Notes under the pieces: model-generated
The model's database searches: none
Told to the model about the DNA's origin: nothing
The model's input: only the letters and a program-made list of their open reading frames with translations
NCBI GenBank assembly: GCA_001949185.1
Contig: BDGG01000004.1
Span: forward strand, 955,620-1,019,619
Source: Ramazzottius varieornatus
Taxonomy: Eukaryota > Animalia > Tardigrada
Direction: 5' to 3'
Length of the DNA stretch: 64,000 nucleotides
Made by a program: the position numbers and the translations under genes
Shown: positions 10,965 to 23,600 of the stretch, one piece after another
Layout: each line of letters opens with the position of its first letter
Position numbering within the stretch: the first letter of the stretch is position 1

Positions 10965-13900
10965 TTAGAAGTGGAAAGAGTCGACAGTTACCATTTTGGC
11001 GAAGACTCTCATGTTCATGGTGGTTTTCGTGAGGATCGCTTCGCACGATGTCACCTGGTTGTCTTCAGACTCGACTCTCATTATTTGGGGTTGAGCATCT
11101 TCGTATGCAGGGGAAACGATGCACATCAGGCTGGCCAGGGTCACTTTTCGGATTTCCTTCAGGGCATCTGCAAATTCGAGATACCGTGTTAGCCAGAAGC
11201 GAATGTGGTTCAGCACGGACGCCAAAAGAATGACGAAGAAGCTTACCCAGTGGGAACACGCCCCCCTTGTCGTAGAAGTGGCAGTCGGCTTGTCTCAGAC
11301 GTTTGAACTGGTCAGCGACGACGCAGGAACAGGTTGGTCCCAGGAGTCCCTCTCCGTTGACAGGGTTCTCCGCCAATGCACCAGGATACAGGTCCTAAAA
11401 CGCAGACCGATGTCCACAATCAAAGTCATAACGGAGATTAAATTCGGGAGCTCGGCAAACAAACGCGTCCAGATTTTTTACTCAAGTGGCGCACTGACCC
11501 GGTGATACTGACCACTAGCGTGCGCCGCTTGAGATAACGATCTGCTCGAGTTTGTTTGCCGACTTCTTATCCAACGGTTATCGATGCCAAAGATAGTCTT
11601 CGCTACAGTTTCAAAACTTTTCGTGTTCTGTTTTCTAGACTATTTTTGGGGAGTGAAAAGCGACTGAAATATCAAAAATATACTATATCGTCGACGTGTC
11701 GGTAAATAGATGCCAGCTTCTGGACGTCGCCCTTGTTCATGCTCTTTTCCAGGTCTTTGAACGACCGAGGTTTCGATAGCCCACACGTCTTACGCATGTC
11801 ACTGTAGGTCGCCAGTCCATGGTCCCTGCCGCGTTGCAGGTTGAAGGCGTACATGTCGATACCGGTCGGCTTGTTCACTGGCTTGAAGACCTGGTTCTGC
11901 TCGATGAAGGCGAAGTTGTTGTCGTAGCCTTCGGCCCTCTTGCCAGCCAGTCTGCGGAGGAGGGTGTCGATCATGCCTTTCTTGTACCACATGTTGGGAT
12001 TGAGGAAGTGCATGTACAAAGGAAATTCTTCCCCGTGCTCGTCCTCTACAGGTAAGGTGTTGTCGCTCAGCGTATGGAAGCGGAAGCACGCGGTAGAGAA
12101 CTCGGTGTTGATGCTTGGACTAACGTCTGTATCGCAGTCTTCACCGTAGCCGGACTTCTTCAGTTTCAACTTGTTCTTGGGCGTGTTAATGATCTTCTCA
12201 CCTACAAAGCCAAGGTAAACTGATAAAAACAGGCAAGAAAAGTCTTATGACCAGTAAGGAAATGGTTTCCTTACTGGTCATCAGACTGACTACGTGAGCA
12301 AGTACTGTGGAGTGTAGAATACAGTATATGGGAGCTCGGCAATCAAGCCCGACAAGATTATTTTCCCGAGTGGCGCACTTTCCCCGTGATGCTGGCTGAA
12401 AATGTGCGCCACTTGGCAAAGCGACCTGGTCGATCGAGTTTGTTTGCCGAGCTCCCATGTTCCGAATTATTTGCTGGACGATTTTTTCCATCTTATTTCG
12501 CATCAGTTCGTTTCTCTGAATAGATATCCTTTTCCGTTCCCATATCTTACCAAGAATAATGGGCAGAATCTCATCGTAAACGATGTGCTGGTAGCAAGCA
12601 GTGACTAATTTCCGGACGAGCTGGAAGAGTTCCTCGTCAGAAGTCCGCGGTTTCAGCTTGTAAAGCTGGTCAGAGAAGTAGTTGTGCAGGCGTACGTAGA
12701 AACTCTGCATGGCGACCATGCCGGTATGCTGGAGACATCGAGGATCCCCACACTTGATACACTTCCTCTGGTCATCCGGAGCCACACATCCCAAAGCGTT
12801 GGGGCCGCCGGGTGGCATTATCGCGCCGTCTAGAATAGTCGCGTTGTTGATCCGCATCCTTCCGCGGCGATGTTCGCGCAACCTGTACAACATTTACCGA
12901 TTCAAATGAAAGCGAGAATACGGAAAAAAGTAAGAAAGAAAATATCGCGTATCATGAAGGCGATTCTTACTCGTTCGTCACAGATTCTTTAGAGCCATAA
13001 ACCATGGAGGCATCGAGCCAGTGCGAGACGGAGTTCAATGGAACCCGATCGGCCATGCGGCATCCACCTAGGGAAAGAGATGGTATCCACCGGCAAAGCT
13101 CTGGATACTATGAAAATGTGGAAACGACGCGCTTTCGAGACTTGGTACTTATGGCAGCTGGTTGCGTCCTGACGAACTCCATGCATGTCTGGCCATGCTC
13201 TCCAAACACGCGATCATCTTGTGGAAGCATGATCGGGTAGCAGGGATCTTGGGCCTGACACGAAGGGTCTTGGTTACAGCAAGTGGGCGTGATCGACTTG
13301 GCTAGAGAATAAGAAACAAAACATGTTGTAAAAGTAAGATCTTTCCAAATTGAACAGAAAACTCACATGGGTCTTTGGGGTCAGGAATTCTCTGAACGTC
13401 ACCTGTAATCGATAACAGTCGCTTCAGTTGCTTCATATCGGAAGAAAACGTGGATTGCGGAAAAAGAATACGTACTTTTAACGAGATCGTGAGCCACAGT
13501 TTGCGTCATCTGGTTGAACATGTAGGTAACCTTCTGGCTTGTGATATCTTCGTTCTGAGACATGGCCAAGCTGACTTGTCGGGCAGTCGGCAACGGCTTA
13601 GCTCTGTTCATCATCCGCGACACAACGGAAGTTTCGCGAGGTTGTCCCACTCCATCCTCGTACGAGTTGGGACCGAGGCGCGACTGGGCGGTGTTAGCGG
13701 ACCCGTACAGTGGGTTTTCCGGGTTGACGCAGGTGCCGTCGTAGGTACGAGGGCCATCCTGGTCGCACTCCACATCACGGTCTTCGAAGCATTCGCCTTC
13801 TGGAATCAGCGTCGGTCCTCTGCCCTGCGCTACCGCCATGAGGCTCCGACCGTCTCCACGTCTTTGAAAATAAGATTAGAAGTTTTCGGCAGAATTCTCT

Positions 13901-15119
13901 TGTGTGATACAGTGGAAGTGGAACCCTTTGCGAACATGACTTACGCAAACTGGTGCGCGAGTTGTCGTCCAGCTATCTCGCGTTGGTATGCGAACTGAGA
14001 GAATGGCGAGTGGGACGACACGGCCCAGATCATACCGGGCCCGTGGTGGACAGGTCCATCCACCGCTACCGAACAGAGGTTTCTCAGATAATTTAGATTA
14101 ACCACAACTATCCATGAATTTCGGATTCACAAGACTGAAAACCGGAAGTTCTACTTACGGCACTGTGGGTTAGATCCAAGGCCAGCCACTTGCTGAAGGA
14201 ACTGCTGGCGTGCCTGCTGCATGGCTCTCGGCATGGCATTGTCGACCTTGTTCCAGTCGACGGGCCGGTTCATTATGGGCGGTAGTGGAGCAGCTTCCCA
14301 GTCGATATCGAAGGCCGTAGCATCCTCCCATCCCGGTTCGCCGTCGCTGTGGGTCGGTCTTTGCTGGGGTGCCGGTTCTGCAAGGAGCAAAAGCATGTCA
14401 ACTCCGTTGAAAAACCTCGCGAAATGCTGAGAGAGCAGCACAAGTTCGCGGCATTAAACGCTGAATTTGAAAAGCAGCTTACGGGGAATGTTCAGGTGTT
14501 CGGCGACGTCGACGTCGTAAGAGAAAAGGGCTTGTTGGGCAACAGCTTTCTTTTTCGCCAAACCTTTAACTTTGCGCGCGACTTTGGCGACATTCTTTGG
14601 TTTGGCCTGCTCTGTACCTCGTCGTTGGCGATACAAAACCTCAGGCTCATGTCCAGTTTCGTAGATGGCTTCAATGAACGATGAACGCTCTCCTCGCACT
14701 GCGCGGTTGTGGGTGGACTTGCCGTAAGAAGGTGACAATGGCAAGTAGCGGATGCTTGGACGCTTCCGACTTCCTTCCATCGAGATGTTGCGGGAAACTC
14801 GTACCTTTTCGGTTGCTTCCAACTCTGGAACAAAATGTGAGGATACTGGGTAACTCGCGTTAGGATAAATGGAAGTCTGAATAATCGTGTTCTGAATATA
14901 CCACGAAGTAGCAAAAAAGGAATGCTTCTTACCCGAGTCCATGGTAAGCCGTCTCGCTGGTCCATCCAAAGAACCAGTCAAGCTGGAATCCCCATCTAGG
15001 CCTAGCGGCGCTAGTTGAGCATTAGAGAGCTCCTGTTGATTCCTTGAGGATTCCGATCCATAAACACATCCATGAAAATAAATAAACGCGACTGCGAGCC
15101 CAAGTACAAAACGCTTCAT
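10965..15119 (-). CDS. Secreted animal haem peroxidase (peroxinectin/chorion peroxidase-like), multi-exon; a short extra exon may move the stop to ~10908
   Basis: Signal peptide MKRFVLGLAVAFIYF; RTYDGTCVNP; LPTARQVS; QTVAHD (distal His); GDPR; LHN; YQHIVYDEILP; NLQRGRDHGL; DLYPGALAE; LGPT.SC...QF.RLR.AD. Confidence 0.88.
11446..11566. repeat. Palindromic N25 element, copy C (peroxidase intron)
   Basis: GGGAGCTCGGCAAAC...CAAGTGGCGCAC (11483-11494), 25 nt, GTGCGCCGCTTG...GTTTGCCGAC. Confidence 0.9.
12328..12458. repeat. Palindromic N25 element, copy D (peroxidase intron)
   Basis: Outer arms ATGGGAGCTCGGCAA / TTGCCGAGCTCCCAT are perfectly complementary. Core 12367-12415 with a 25-nt spacer. 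Confidence 0.92.
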
Positions 15120-15836
15120 GATGGCGAATTCAAAAAAGGAACATCAGAGCACCGCAATGCGCAGCGCTCACTACTGTAAAAGCTTGAAGTCAAACTGACC
15201 AACCCTTCTCATATCGAAACAACCTAACGGGACGACGAACGACCAACGTGTAAAATTATGCAAGAAGCCTGTTTTTTCTTTGATCCCAAGTTCGCTCGAC
15301 TTCTCGTCTGCCAAGAGGAGACAACGCCAGGACTTTCCCAGAACATAAGAGAGAATGGAAATGCGGGAAAGTTACATCATGCCCGCCATGGAAATTTACA
15401 TGAGCGCACATATTCGAAGAGAGAGCAAAAAGGTCTTCGATAACCATCGAACAACATCCAAAAAACGTTTGGAATGATTTGAACGACCGTATGATCGGAA
15501 GAAGGCTATCAAAGTTCACTTCAGCGAAGCTGGTTGACACCGATTCTAAAAACATTAATTTTCGAGTCAGAACGAAAACTAAAACGCGAACTTCCGTCAA
15601 AACTGACAAGATTAAGGCCTCGCAAAATACTTTCTGAAAAGTAGAAAACTGGCTAATTAAACGTCTTTGGCAAGAAAAAAGCAGCTCAGTTACACCATCA
15701 CACTGAGAAACCTAGTCCACATCGGAAAAAGTTGAGCATGATTACTGAAGAAAAGGAAGGAAGAGAAACGAAAGCCGTGCTGTAACTATCACTGCACCTA
15801 AGGATTTTAGAGTTTTAGCAAAATCAACAAAAACGA

Positions 15837-18800
15837 TCACTTCTTCTTACGGTTTTTCTTGGCCGATGCGGTAGCTGTCTTTTCCTCACTGGCAGTTCTG
15901 TCGGGTTGGTCCAAGAATTTTCGACAGTCCTTCGGGATAAGAGCGCGCCGCTCTTCTTCCGTCAGCAGGTTCAGCTGCAGCATACGGGTGAGCATGAGGG
16001 CGATGTAAGGCTCGATGTCGAACTCACGGTCTTGCGCGTCCTCCTGCAGTGATAAGTCATACGTGATGTCGATACAACCTGAGTTTCCGTCACAAAAAGA
16101 GCGAGAAAACCCGCGTACCCATACCTGTATCTTTTGCTTGCGTTCGTTTTCCTCCACAATTTTCATGTACCATCGTACGCGTTCTTTCTCCAGTGGAGAA
16201 CTTTCCGTCAGAGCCGTCTGCAAATGTCATGAAACCGTCAACACCCGAGACTAAAGATTGAAATAACGGCTCTCAGAACCGAAACATACGTACCACCATG
16301 TTCTGGAGACAATCTCGGACACGTTCCAGTCGTTCAACATTGGCTTTCACTGCCTCCTTTTCCTTCTGCAACTTCATCTCCTCGAGACTTTCCGATCGTG
16401 ACACTCCCTTACGCTTTTCTGTAAATAAAAACAAAACTTATAAAACAAATGTGCGTTCGAGTTTTTGGATAGATTCTCACTTGTTGGTGGTTCCAACGGT
16501 GTCTGAACCTTCTCGGACTCGGCTTCCTCCATATCCCTTACCAGCTCCAAGGCCACTGTCAAGCTCTGCTGACTGCGCTTGCGAGAGCGCGTCACCCTTC
16601 CGTCAGACTCTGCCACTGCCGCCGCCACCGTCTGCTCCTTTCCCGCAGTTTCCTCTTCGGGCACCACAGCTGACTGGACAGCACTAGTTGATGGAACGGT
16701 AGACCTAGGGACTGCGGAGACCTTTGCTCCGCCGATGAGGATAGGCTCAGAAATTTGAAGGTTGCTGTTCCGCGAAGATCGTCGAGTAGGCTCAGTGTGT
16801 GGCGCCTTGGCAGCTTTCGGCCCAGCACGGCTGTCAGTTGCGCCGGTTGCCAGAACCAGACGACCGTTCTTTATGGTAATGGGCGGTATCTTGACTGGCT
16901 TCTCGCTAGCAAGCTTGTCGGCAGAGGGTTTCGAAGTGAAGGGCTTCTTAGTGACGGGCTTTCCGGTGGCGGGTATCAGGAGAGACTTTCGCTTGCTAGT
17001 CACGATACGGATAGCTCCTTCGGACTCTGGCTCTTCCGTCTCGATAGCATTCGTCGACATAGCGGAAGTAACTGGAGGCTTTACGGCCTTCACATCTGTC
17101 TTTGCTGGCTTCACTTTTTCTGGAAAGAATCACCTTTAAGACATGACAATGCGATGTACGAGACCAGAGCAAACAAACTTGACAAGATAGGTTTTCCAAG
17201 TGGCGCAGGCTGTCAGCCAACAAGGCTCGAGATGTCCGCCACTTGTTGACTCGTTCACCGAGCCTCCATTACCATAACACAGATGACTTGAGATATTTTA
17301 GAAGGGAAGTTTTTCCAGGTTAAAGCTTAAGCTCAGAATTATATCCAATCAATTTTTCAAACAAAAATAGAAAAGAATGAATTATTACGCACTGATTGTG
17401 CTCGTACCCATTTCAGCGATCAAGGGAGTTTCCTTCGGAAGCTGGACACGAGAAGACCGACGTCTGGCATGTGCAACTTCTTCAGCTGGACCTGGCGAAG
17501 TTTCCGAAGAGGCTGCCGTCCCGTTGACTATCTTCGAGACTGAAACTGAGCGGGAAGGTCGATGTTGAGCCAGCGAAGCTTCGGGCTTGGTTAGTTGGGC
17601 TTTGCTTTTCGAACGCTTCGACGTTGCGTTCTGTACGCTGATATGCTCTTTCACCCCCTTGAGCACTTCCTCCAGGTTCTCCGTATTTGCCTCCCGCTGC
17701 GCAGCGCGTCCTTGAGGCAGAAGCTCAAACAGAGTCGGGCTTTCGCCTTTGGTGTGTGGCGCATGGCTGAAACTAAGGGACCGAGCCAAAACCTTCGCGT
17801 CGCCCCTTATCTGCTTCACGGAGCCTGCCCGGCTTCTCGTCAACCTTCGTTCTTCTAGAAACAAAACACCGCTAAACCTATCAAACTGATATCAAATTAA
17901 TCAAGAACACTGAAACAACAATGTCCAACACAAACATATGGGAGCTTGCCGAACAAACTCGACAACACTGTTTTCACAAGTGGAGCACGCTTTCAGCCAA
18001 TTACAGTGGAACAGTACGCCACTTATGGAATATAGTATTGTTGAATTTGTTTGCCGAGCTCCCACATACTGTACTCCTACCTGTAGCAGTTTCGTTACTG
18101 TCGTTCGACTCTTCGGTCAAGCCTCCCGAGGTACTGGCTGTCGAAGTCGATGCGTCAGTGCTGAAGTTGAGCGATACAGAAGGACTGGTACGGTCTGAAG
18201 CACTCTTTGAGTCCGACGCTGTGGCAGACTCGCTTCCGGTTCGGCTGCGGGCAGTTCTCTCTTCCAGCAACTTCAACTTCTCTTGTTCTTGCGCTAGTTT
18301 GCCCAACACGCCACCAGCTCTTTCAGCTTGGCCTGTTGTTGATCGATCAGTACGTGTAGCCAACTCAACTACAAAAAAAGTGAAGAAATGAGCATGCAAC
18401 TGCGAAATTTTAAAGAAAACTTCCTCATCTGTTTCTCATTTTGATTAGTAATCACCGACTTCCACACCTTCAGCTTCTTGCGGTGCCTCTGGAATGGGAA
18501 CGGTAGCTGGACCTCCGAGAATCTCATTCGTACTGTTGATCAAAGCCTCGTACTTTGAACTCATGTCCTCCGTCTTGGTGGGAAGATCTGTCCACGAAAC
18601 GTTGGCTGGATTGGACGAAACGTCTGTTAGGTACTGTCGATGTCTAATCTCGTCAAAAAAGGTAACCAGCTTGGCAGCGTTCGCCAAGGGGAACTTGAGC
18701 TCGGTCTCCAGAGTATTCTTGTTGTTTTTTACTGTGGCCAGTCTGTCAAGCAGCTGGGTCTGGACGACTGCTGCTTCGGCGATACAGGTGGTACGAAGGC

Positions 18801-20266
18801 ATTGCCGGACGGCTAGCATCGTGAAGTGTCCAGTGTTCGCCATCTTGCGACTCTGAGTGACGGTCTGCGCCATGCGATCTTGTATGACTCGCCCGCACTT
18901 CACCATCCAGTCTTCATCAGGAGAAATCGCACCTACAAAAAGCAGGTGTGACCGTTACTGCAGCCTCGTAAGAAGCAATTTTGACAGCAAAATTTTCAAT
19001 GAAACACGCTCAGAATTCAAGTTCACGGGATTTGGCAACAAACGCTCGTTGAAAATAGTTTCACCAAGTAGCGCACGCTATGGGTTTTATCAGCTGAAAG
19101 CGTGCGCCACTTGGAGGAAGAATTTTATCGAGTCTGACTGCCGAGCTCTCGTTTTCTAACTTGAAGTTGTCTCACCGTGAGAAATGGGAGATTCCTTAAC
19201 TCCATCTAGTTCGATGAGCTGTCCATTGATGGGCACGTACGAGATGAAGTGGTACTGCTTGACTTCTGTTCTAGTCACCTCCTTCTTACTAGAACGGCGG
19301 GGTTTAGACGTAGATGTGCTAGCCTTTTCCTCAATGACACTGTAAGCTGGAGAAACTCTGAAAGGAGAAAAACAAGCCCAGTGTTTTTTTCGTTTTAACT
19401 ATTTAACAGTGTGAACTCTTTACGGTGCTCGACGGTTATGGAAGGCGGCTAGTTCGGCACTATTCCCAACTGCGTATCCTTTCGCCTGCCACCAAAAAGT
19501 CAAAACGCAAAGTAAGCTTGGGGTACGTACTTGAATTCAACATGTTGGTGTTTACCTTGGGAGTCATTCCTGCAGTGAAAGCCTTGAATTCGTCCAAGAA
19601 AGGTCCTAACGACAGGTTCTGACTGTTGAGAAGAATGCTCAGTGATGCATATGTTGCGCAAGCATTCTTGACTTCCTACATATAAAAAAAGCTTGCCGGT
19701 GATAGAACGCAGCGAAAATTCACCCAAACGTCGAAAGGAGCATGTCACGCATGTACATAAGGACAGTTTCGGTACCTGAATGGAATAGAACATATTGTTG
19801 ACGATAGCAGGATCTTTGATGTAGAGCTTTTCCAACTCCTTGTCATACCCCCTTTGGCCACGCTGCCCATTCTGATACAGGTACAGTAAAATGAAGCCAT
19901 AGACATGGCCCTCGCCAACCTGGGCTTTGAGATCAGCACTGATCTCGAAGATCTCTGTGACATCCACCTTGTTTGGTCCGACTAGGTATATAGAAACATC
20001 ACATAATTACGCCAGGCATTCTATTGCGTGATGTCAGATCTATTGAACATCGTTCCCTTACTGAGATCGTCGCAGAGGAGGGAAAAGAGTCCCGGATCGC
20101 TTTCCAGTTCTTGCCAGGTATGAATGATTTCCAGAAGACTTCGCTCCAGTCGTAGGCCTTCAACCTGAGGGTATGCATGGTCGTGCATCTTCACGGCCGT
20201 GTGGTTCTTCGTACCGTCCATTTGCCGCTCCTGCTTCGGGTGAGACGAACGCTCCTGGATCGTCAT
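15837..20266 (-). CDS. BAP1: Ubiquitin C-terminal hydrolase, BAP1/calypso-like, with long central insertion
   Basis: [14 protein letters not shown]; VYGFILL; NACAT (catalytic Cys); KGYAVGN; [18 protein letters not shown] (His/Asp); C-terminal ULD-like [16 protein letters not shown]. The start codon at 20266 is inferred. Confidence 0.8.
17169..17262. repeat. Palindromic N25 element, copy E (BAP1 intron)
   Basis: CAAGTGGCGCAG (17197-17208), 25 nt, GTCCGCCACTTG. Confidence 0.8.
17937..18066. repeat. Palindromic N25 element, copy F (BAP1 intron)
   Basis: TGGGAGCTTG...CAAGTGGAGCAC (17977-17988), 25 nt, GTACGCCACTTA...TTTGCCGAGCTCCCA. Confidence 0.88.
19027..19148. repeat. Palindromic N25 element, copy G (BAP1 intron)
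   Basis: CAAGTAGCGCAC (19065-19076), 25 nt, GTGCGCCACTTG...TGCCGAGCTC. Confidence 0.88.
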
Positions 20267-20655
20267 GGAGGGCACCGATAATCCACGTCGTTCCACAAAC
20301 TGCAAAGAAAATGACCAAGAAACAAATAATGGTCGGACCGTGGGATCGTTTTCAGCAACAGAAACCTCAAACCCTGTCAAACCAGCAAACCTGTCCGTTG
20401 AGGCGTTTGATTTATCGATTGAAACGACCGTCTGCTGGTGTCCAAATGGAAATGGATCTTATGGCCTGCCATCTCACGTGTTGGTCTGTCATTTCGCAAA
20501 CTTCCATTGCTCAGTTAACAATTTGAGTGACTGAACTCACTTAGGCATTTAACAATTATCATTCGATTTGTTTGTCCGGGATAAGTAAGGTTGCTTGTAG
20601 TTGTAGGTGCAGTGGTTGGAGACGAGTCTTTCGGGCTGAAAGAGCGTACTGAAGA
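20267..20655. promoter_or_regulatory. Probable bidirectional promoter, BAP1 / TRAPPC11
   Basis: Head-to-head start codons about 390 bp apart. Confidence 0.5.
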
Positions 20656-23600
20656 ATGGAGAACGCCGTCGCGGCATCGCCGTCATCCTCCTCGTCCACT
20701 TCCGGCGACCTGTTTGATCCTCTCTTCAACGTCCCTTCGGAAGTCTTAGTTGATCCCCAGCCCTTCATCGCTCTCTGCGGCCTGGACACCGTCCACAACC
20801 CTACTCACAGAATCATTTGGGACAGCTTCAGCACCAATCGTACCGCGGAACGCTTACCTATTCTGTATCGCCTCCTTCCCACCGACCACGACTTCCCTCT
20901 CAGCAAGCTCAAGAAATCGTACGAATATGGCACAGTTCCAGGTGGCATCCTCAAGAAGAACTGGATACGTAAGCATATGTACGAAGTACCAGCGCTGGTT
21001 GTTCTCTTCGTCGATTTGGAATGGGACGACGTGGCTTTCAACGAGAAGAGGATTGCATGTTCGTCAAAGATCGCCACGCTTCGGACTAGTCTGGCTGGTC
21101 GAAGCACAAGGCTGGCGCTAGTGATGATCCAGCAAAGACCTCACACGCTGGCTCCAGGCGAACCCTCTCCCGATGCTGAAAAGATTACCAGTCTTTGCAA
21201 TGCATGCGAGCTGACGTTGAAGCAGGTCTTCTTCCTGCCACATAACGACAGTCTTACCAACTATGTCGTCCGGTTGGAGACCGCTCTATTTGAAACCGTC
21301 CAGCAGGTTAGGAGCCACACTTTTTCTGCCAAGATTCAAGCCTATATATCGCTTCTTTTTCAGTATTACCTCAACGAATCAAAGAGAGTCCGTGGACATC
21401 GAGATGCAGTGATGCGAATGGCTTCGTTGAACCTTCCTCTCCTCGTCCGACACCAGTTCAAGATTGGATACTTCAACGAGTTCCGCCAAGACAAGCAGAC
21501 GTCGTTGAAGCACTACCAACAAGCGTACCTCAACCTGCAGCAGATTCGTCAAGATGGGGGCTTTGAAGTGAAAACCGTGGCCATGATCATTATGTATCGT
21601 ATCTGTCGATTGTCCTTCCGCCTAGCTTGCCCTCTCGACGCCATTTCTAACTTCCGGAAGCATCTGGAGGTCTTCCGGACGTATCGTGGACCGTCAGATT
21701 TGGCGTACCAACACGAAGCATGGCTCTTCCGGCAGAACCTGACATTCGCGCAACTTTTCGAAGAAGCCATTCAGGGAGGCTTGATTGCTGTTCCCTCCGA
21801 GAACCCTGGCATGTAAGTTCTTTCCCCAAGAAATGTACATCAATAGTCCAAAATATTCCGATATTGTTTTTGTAGAGGGCAAATTCATGAATCAACCCTT
21901 TTCCGGGCCGAATAGAATGTCGCACAAAGTTCTCTCCACTTGTTTCTTTTACAGGTATTACATGAAGGCTGCCGATCACATGAAAGCTCGCCAAAAGAAT
22001 TGTCTGAACTTTCCTATCCAGGCATTGCCATTCGTACCAAGTGCGCCAGTTGACGGGGAGTTCTACGGCCAGCTGATCCTGAACGTTCCAGCAGCCGCCA
22101 GTGACATCCCCATCGCGCTCTACCTTCAGAACTGCGAACGAGCAGTCAACCACACGGCCTGGATGGTCCATCTTCTGAAGAGCGCCATCACACAGTTCAA
22201 ACGACATCGCTGTCTTCGGACTGCTTTGATGCTCTTTAATCGCCTCGGAGACGAATACTGCGACATAGGCGCTTATGAGAAAGCGCAGAGCCTCTTCGCT
22301 CAGGGCTTGGGTGAATATCGGAAAAGCAAATGGAGTGTCGTGTTCAGTCGTAAGTAGAAGGCAGCAAATCAAGCCTGAAAAGATAGCTCTGTTCTATTTT
22401 TTTTTATTTCCTTTTCAGAGTTGCTGTTGCGGCAAATCAAAGTTTCAGCGCTGATCGCCAACGTTTCCGAGTACATGAAAGGCAGCTTAGAGGCTATCGG
22501 TGCCGAATCGTACCTGCAACATAACGACCGCGTCCAGCTGCAAGAGACCTTGCTGCAGATTCTGGCCGGTGAGCGACCAGACTTTCGGAACATCTTGGGT
22601 CCCCGAAGTCAGTTGGGCTACCAACGTTGGGGGTCTTTGGGTCCCGAAGCACTGAAGTGCGTGCTGGAGATGGAGCAGCTGCTTCCGTGTATCGAGTGCT
22701 ACTGCTCCTTCGACAAAGAGTCCTTCTCGGCCGATGAGACGGTCTCGCTGACCGTTCGTGTTTCCGTCACAAGTCCACTCCCACTTCCCTTCCGCGGTTT
22801 ACAGGTTCGCAGTGCCCTCTTTTAACCTGACGAGAAAGGTCTATTTGGTCTGGTCTTCCTTCACTAACTTTTGCACTTTTTGTAGGTTCATCTCAGTAGC
22901 TCGGCGTACAACGCTAGCTGTTCCAGCAACGATAGCTTCGTGGTCACTGAAGAGCAGGAGCACGTTCTAAACTTCAAGTTCCCACCTGCCAGTGACGATG
23001 TCGGTCGTCGCATCGACATCAACAAAGTCTTGCTGAAGCTCGGTGGCAGTTCACAGCATTCCGACCTCACCTTGGTCTGGTCCGGTTTTGCCTCTGGCAA
23101 GTCTCGTAAACGAGTAGCCGTTGTTGGTGGTACGCAGTTCAGGCTGTTCGACGAAGAGACCGACGCCATACATTCCACAGACATTGCTCGGAGAGCTTCG
23201 AAAGTGGAGGTGTCCATGTTCGTACGAGAGTCTTTGCTGGTGGGCGAAACGTACAGATTACCAGTTGCGATCAGGAACCACGAAAGTCAGGGAATCACAA
23301 ATGGTCAGTTGGGCATCTCCTGTAGCGATGAAGCAGGGAAGATTACATTCAGTGCGTCATTCTTGGACAGCAAGGAAGTGCAAGACGGTTCGGTGCAGTT
23401 CACAAACGAGTGTTCGCACGCTGTCGCGAACCTTGCTGCTGACGAGGAGAAAGAGATGTTCTTCCTGGTTCGATGTAGCGTTGGTCTCAAAGCGCAGTTG
23501 CGGGTGGTGTTTTCGTATGATGTGGTGGCAACGAGCGGAAGTGAGGCGAGCCGGATGTTCCATTGTCAGACAGAGAGCTCAGCTGTACTGGTCTCTCAGA

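Noticed and set aside
11672-11685. GTATAT donor in the peroxidase gene as a possible U12 intron
   Set aside because: It does not match the RTATCCTT U12 consensus.
20530-20548. ATG CCT AA|GTGAGT as the first coding exon of BAP1
   Set aside because: Splicing to the acceptor near 20300 is out of frame with the UCH domain, so at most a uORF or 5' UTR exon.
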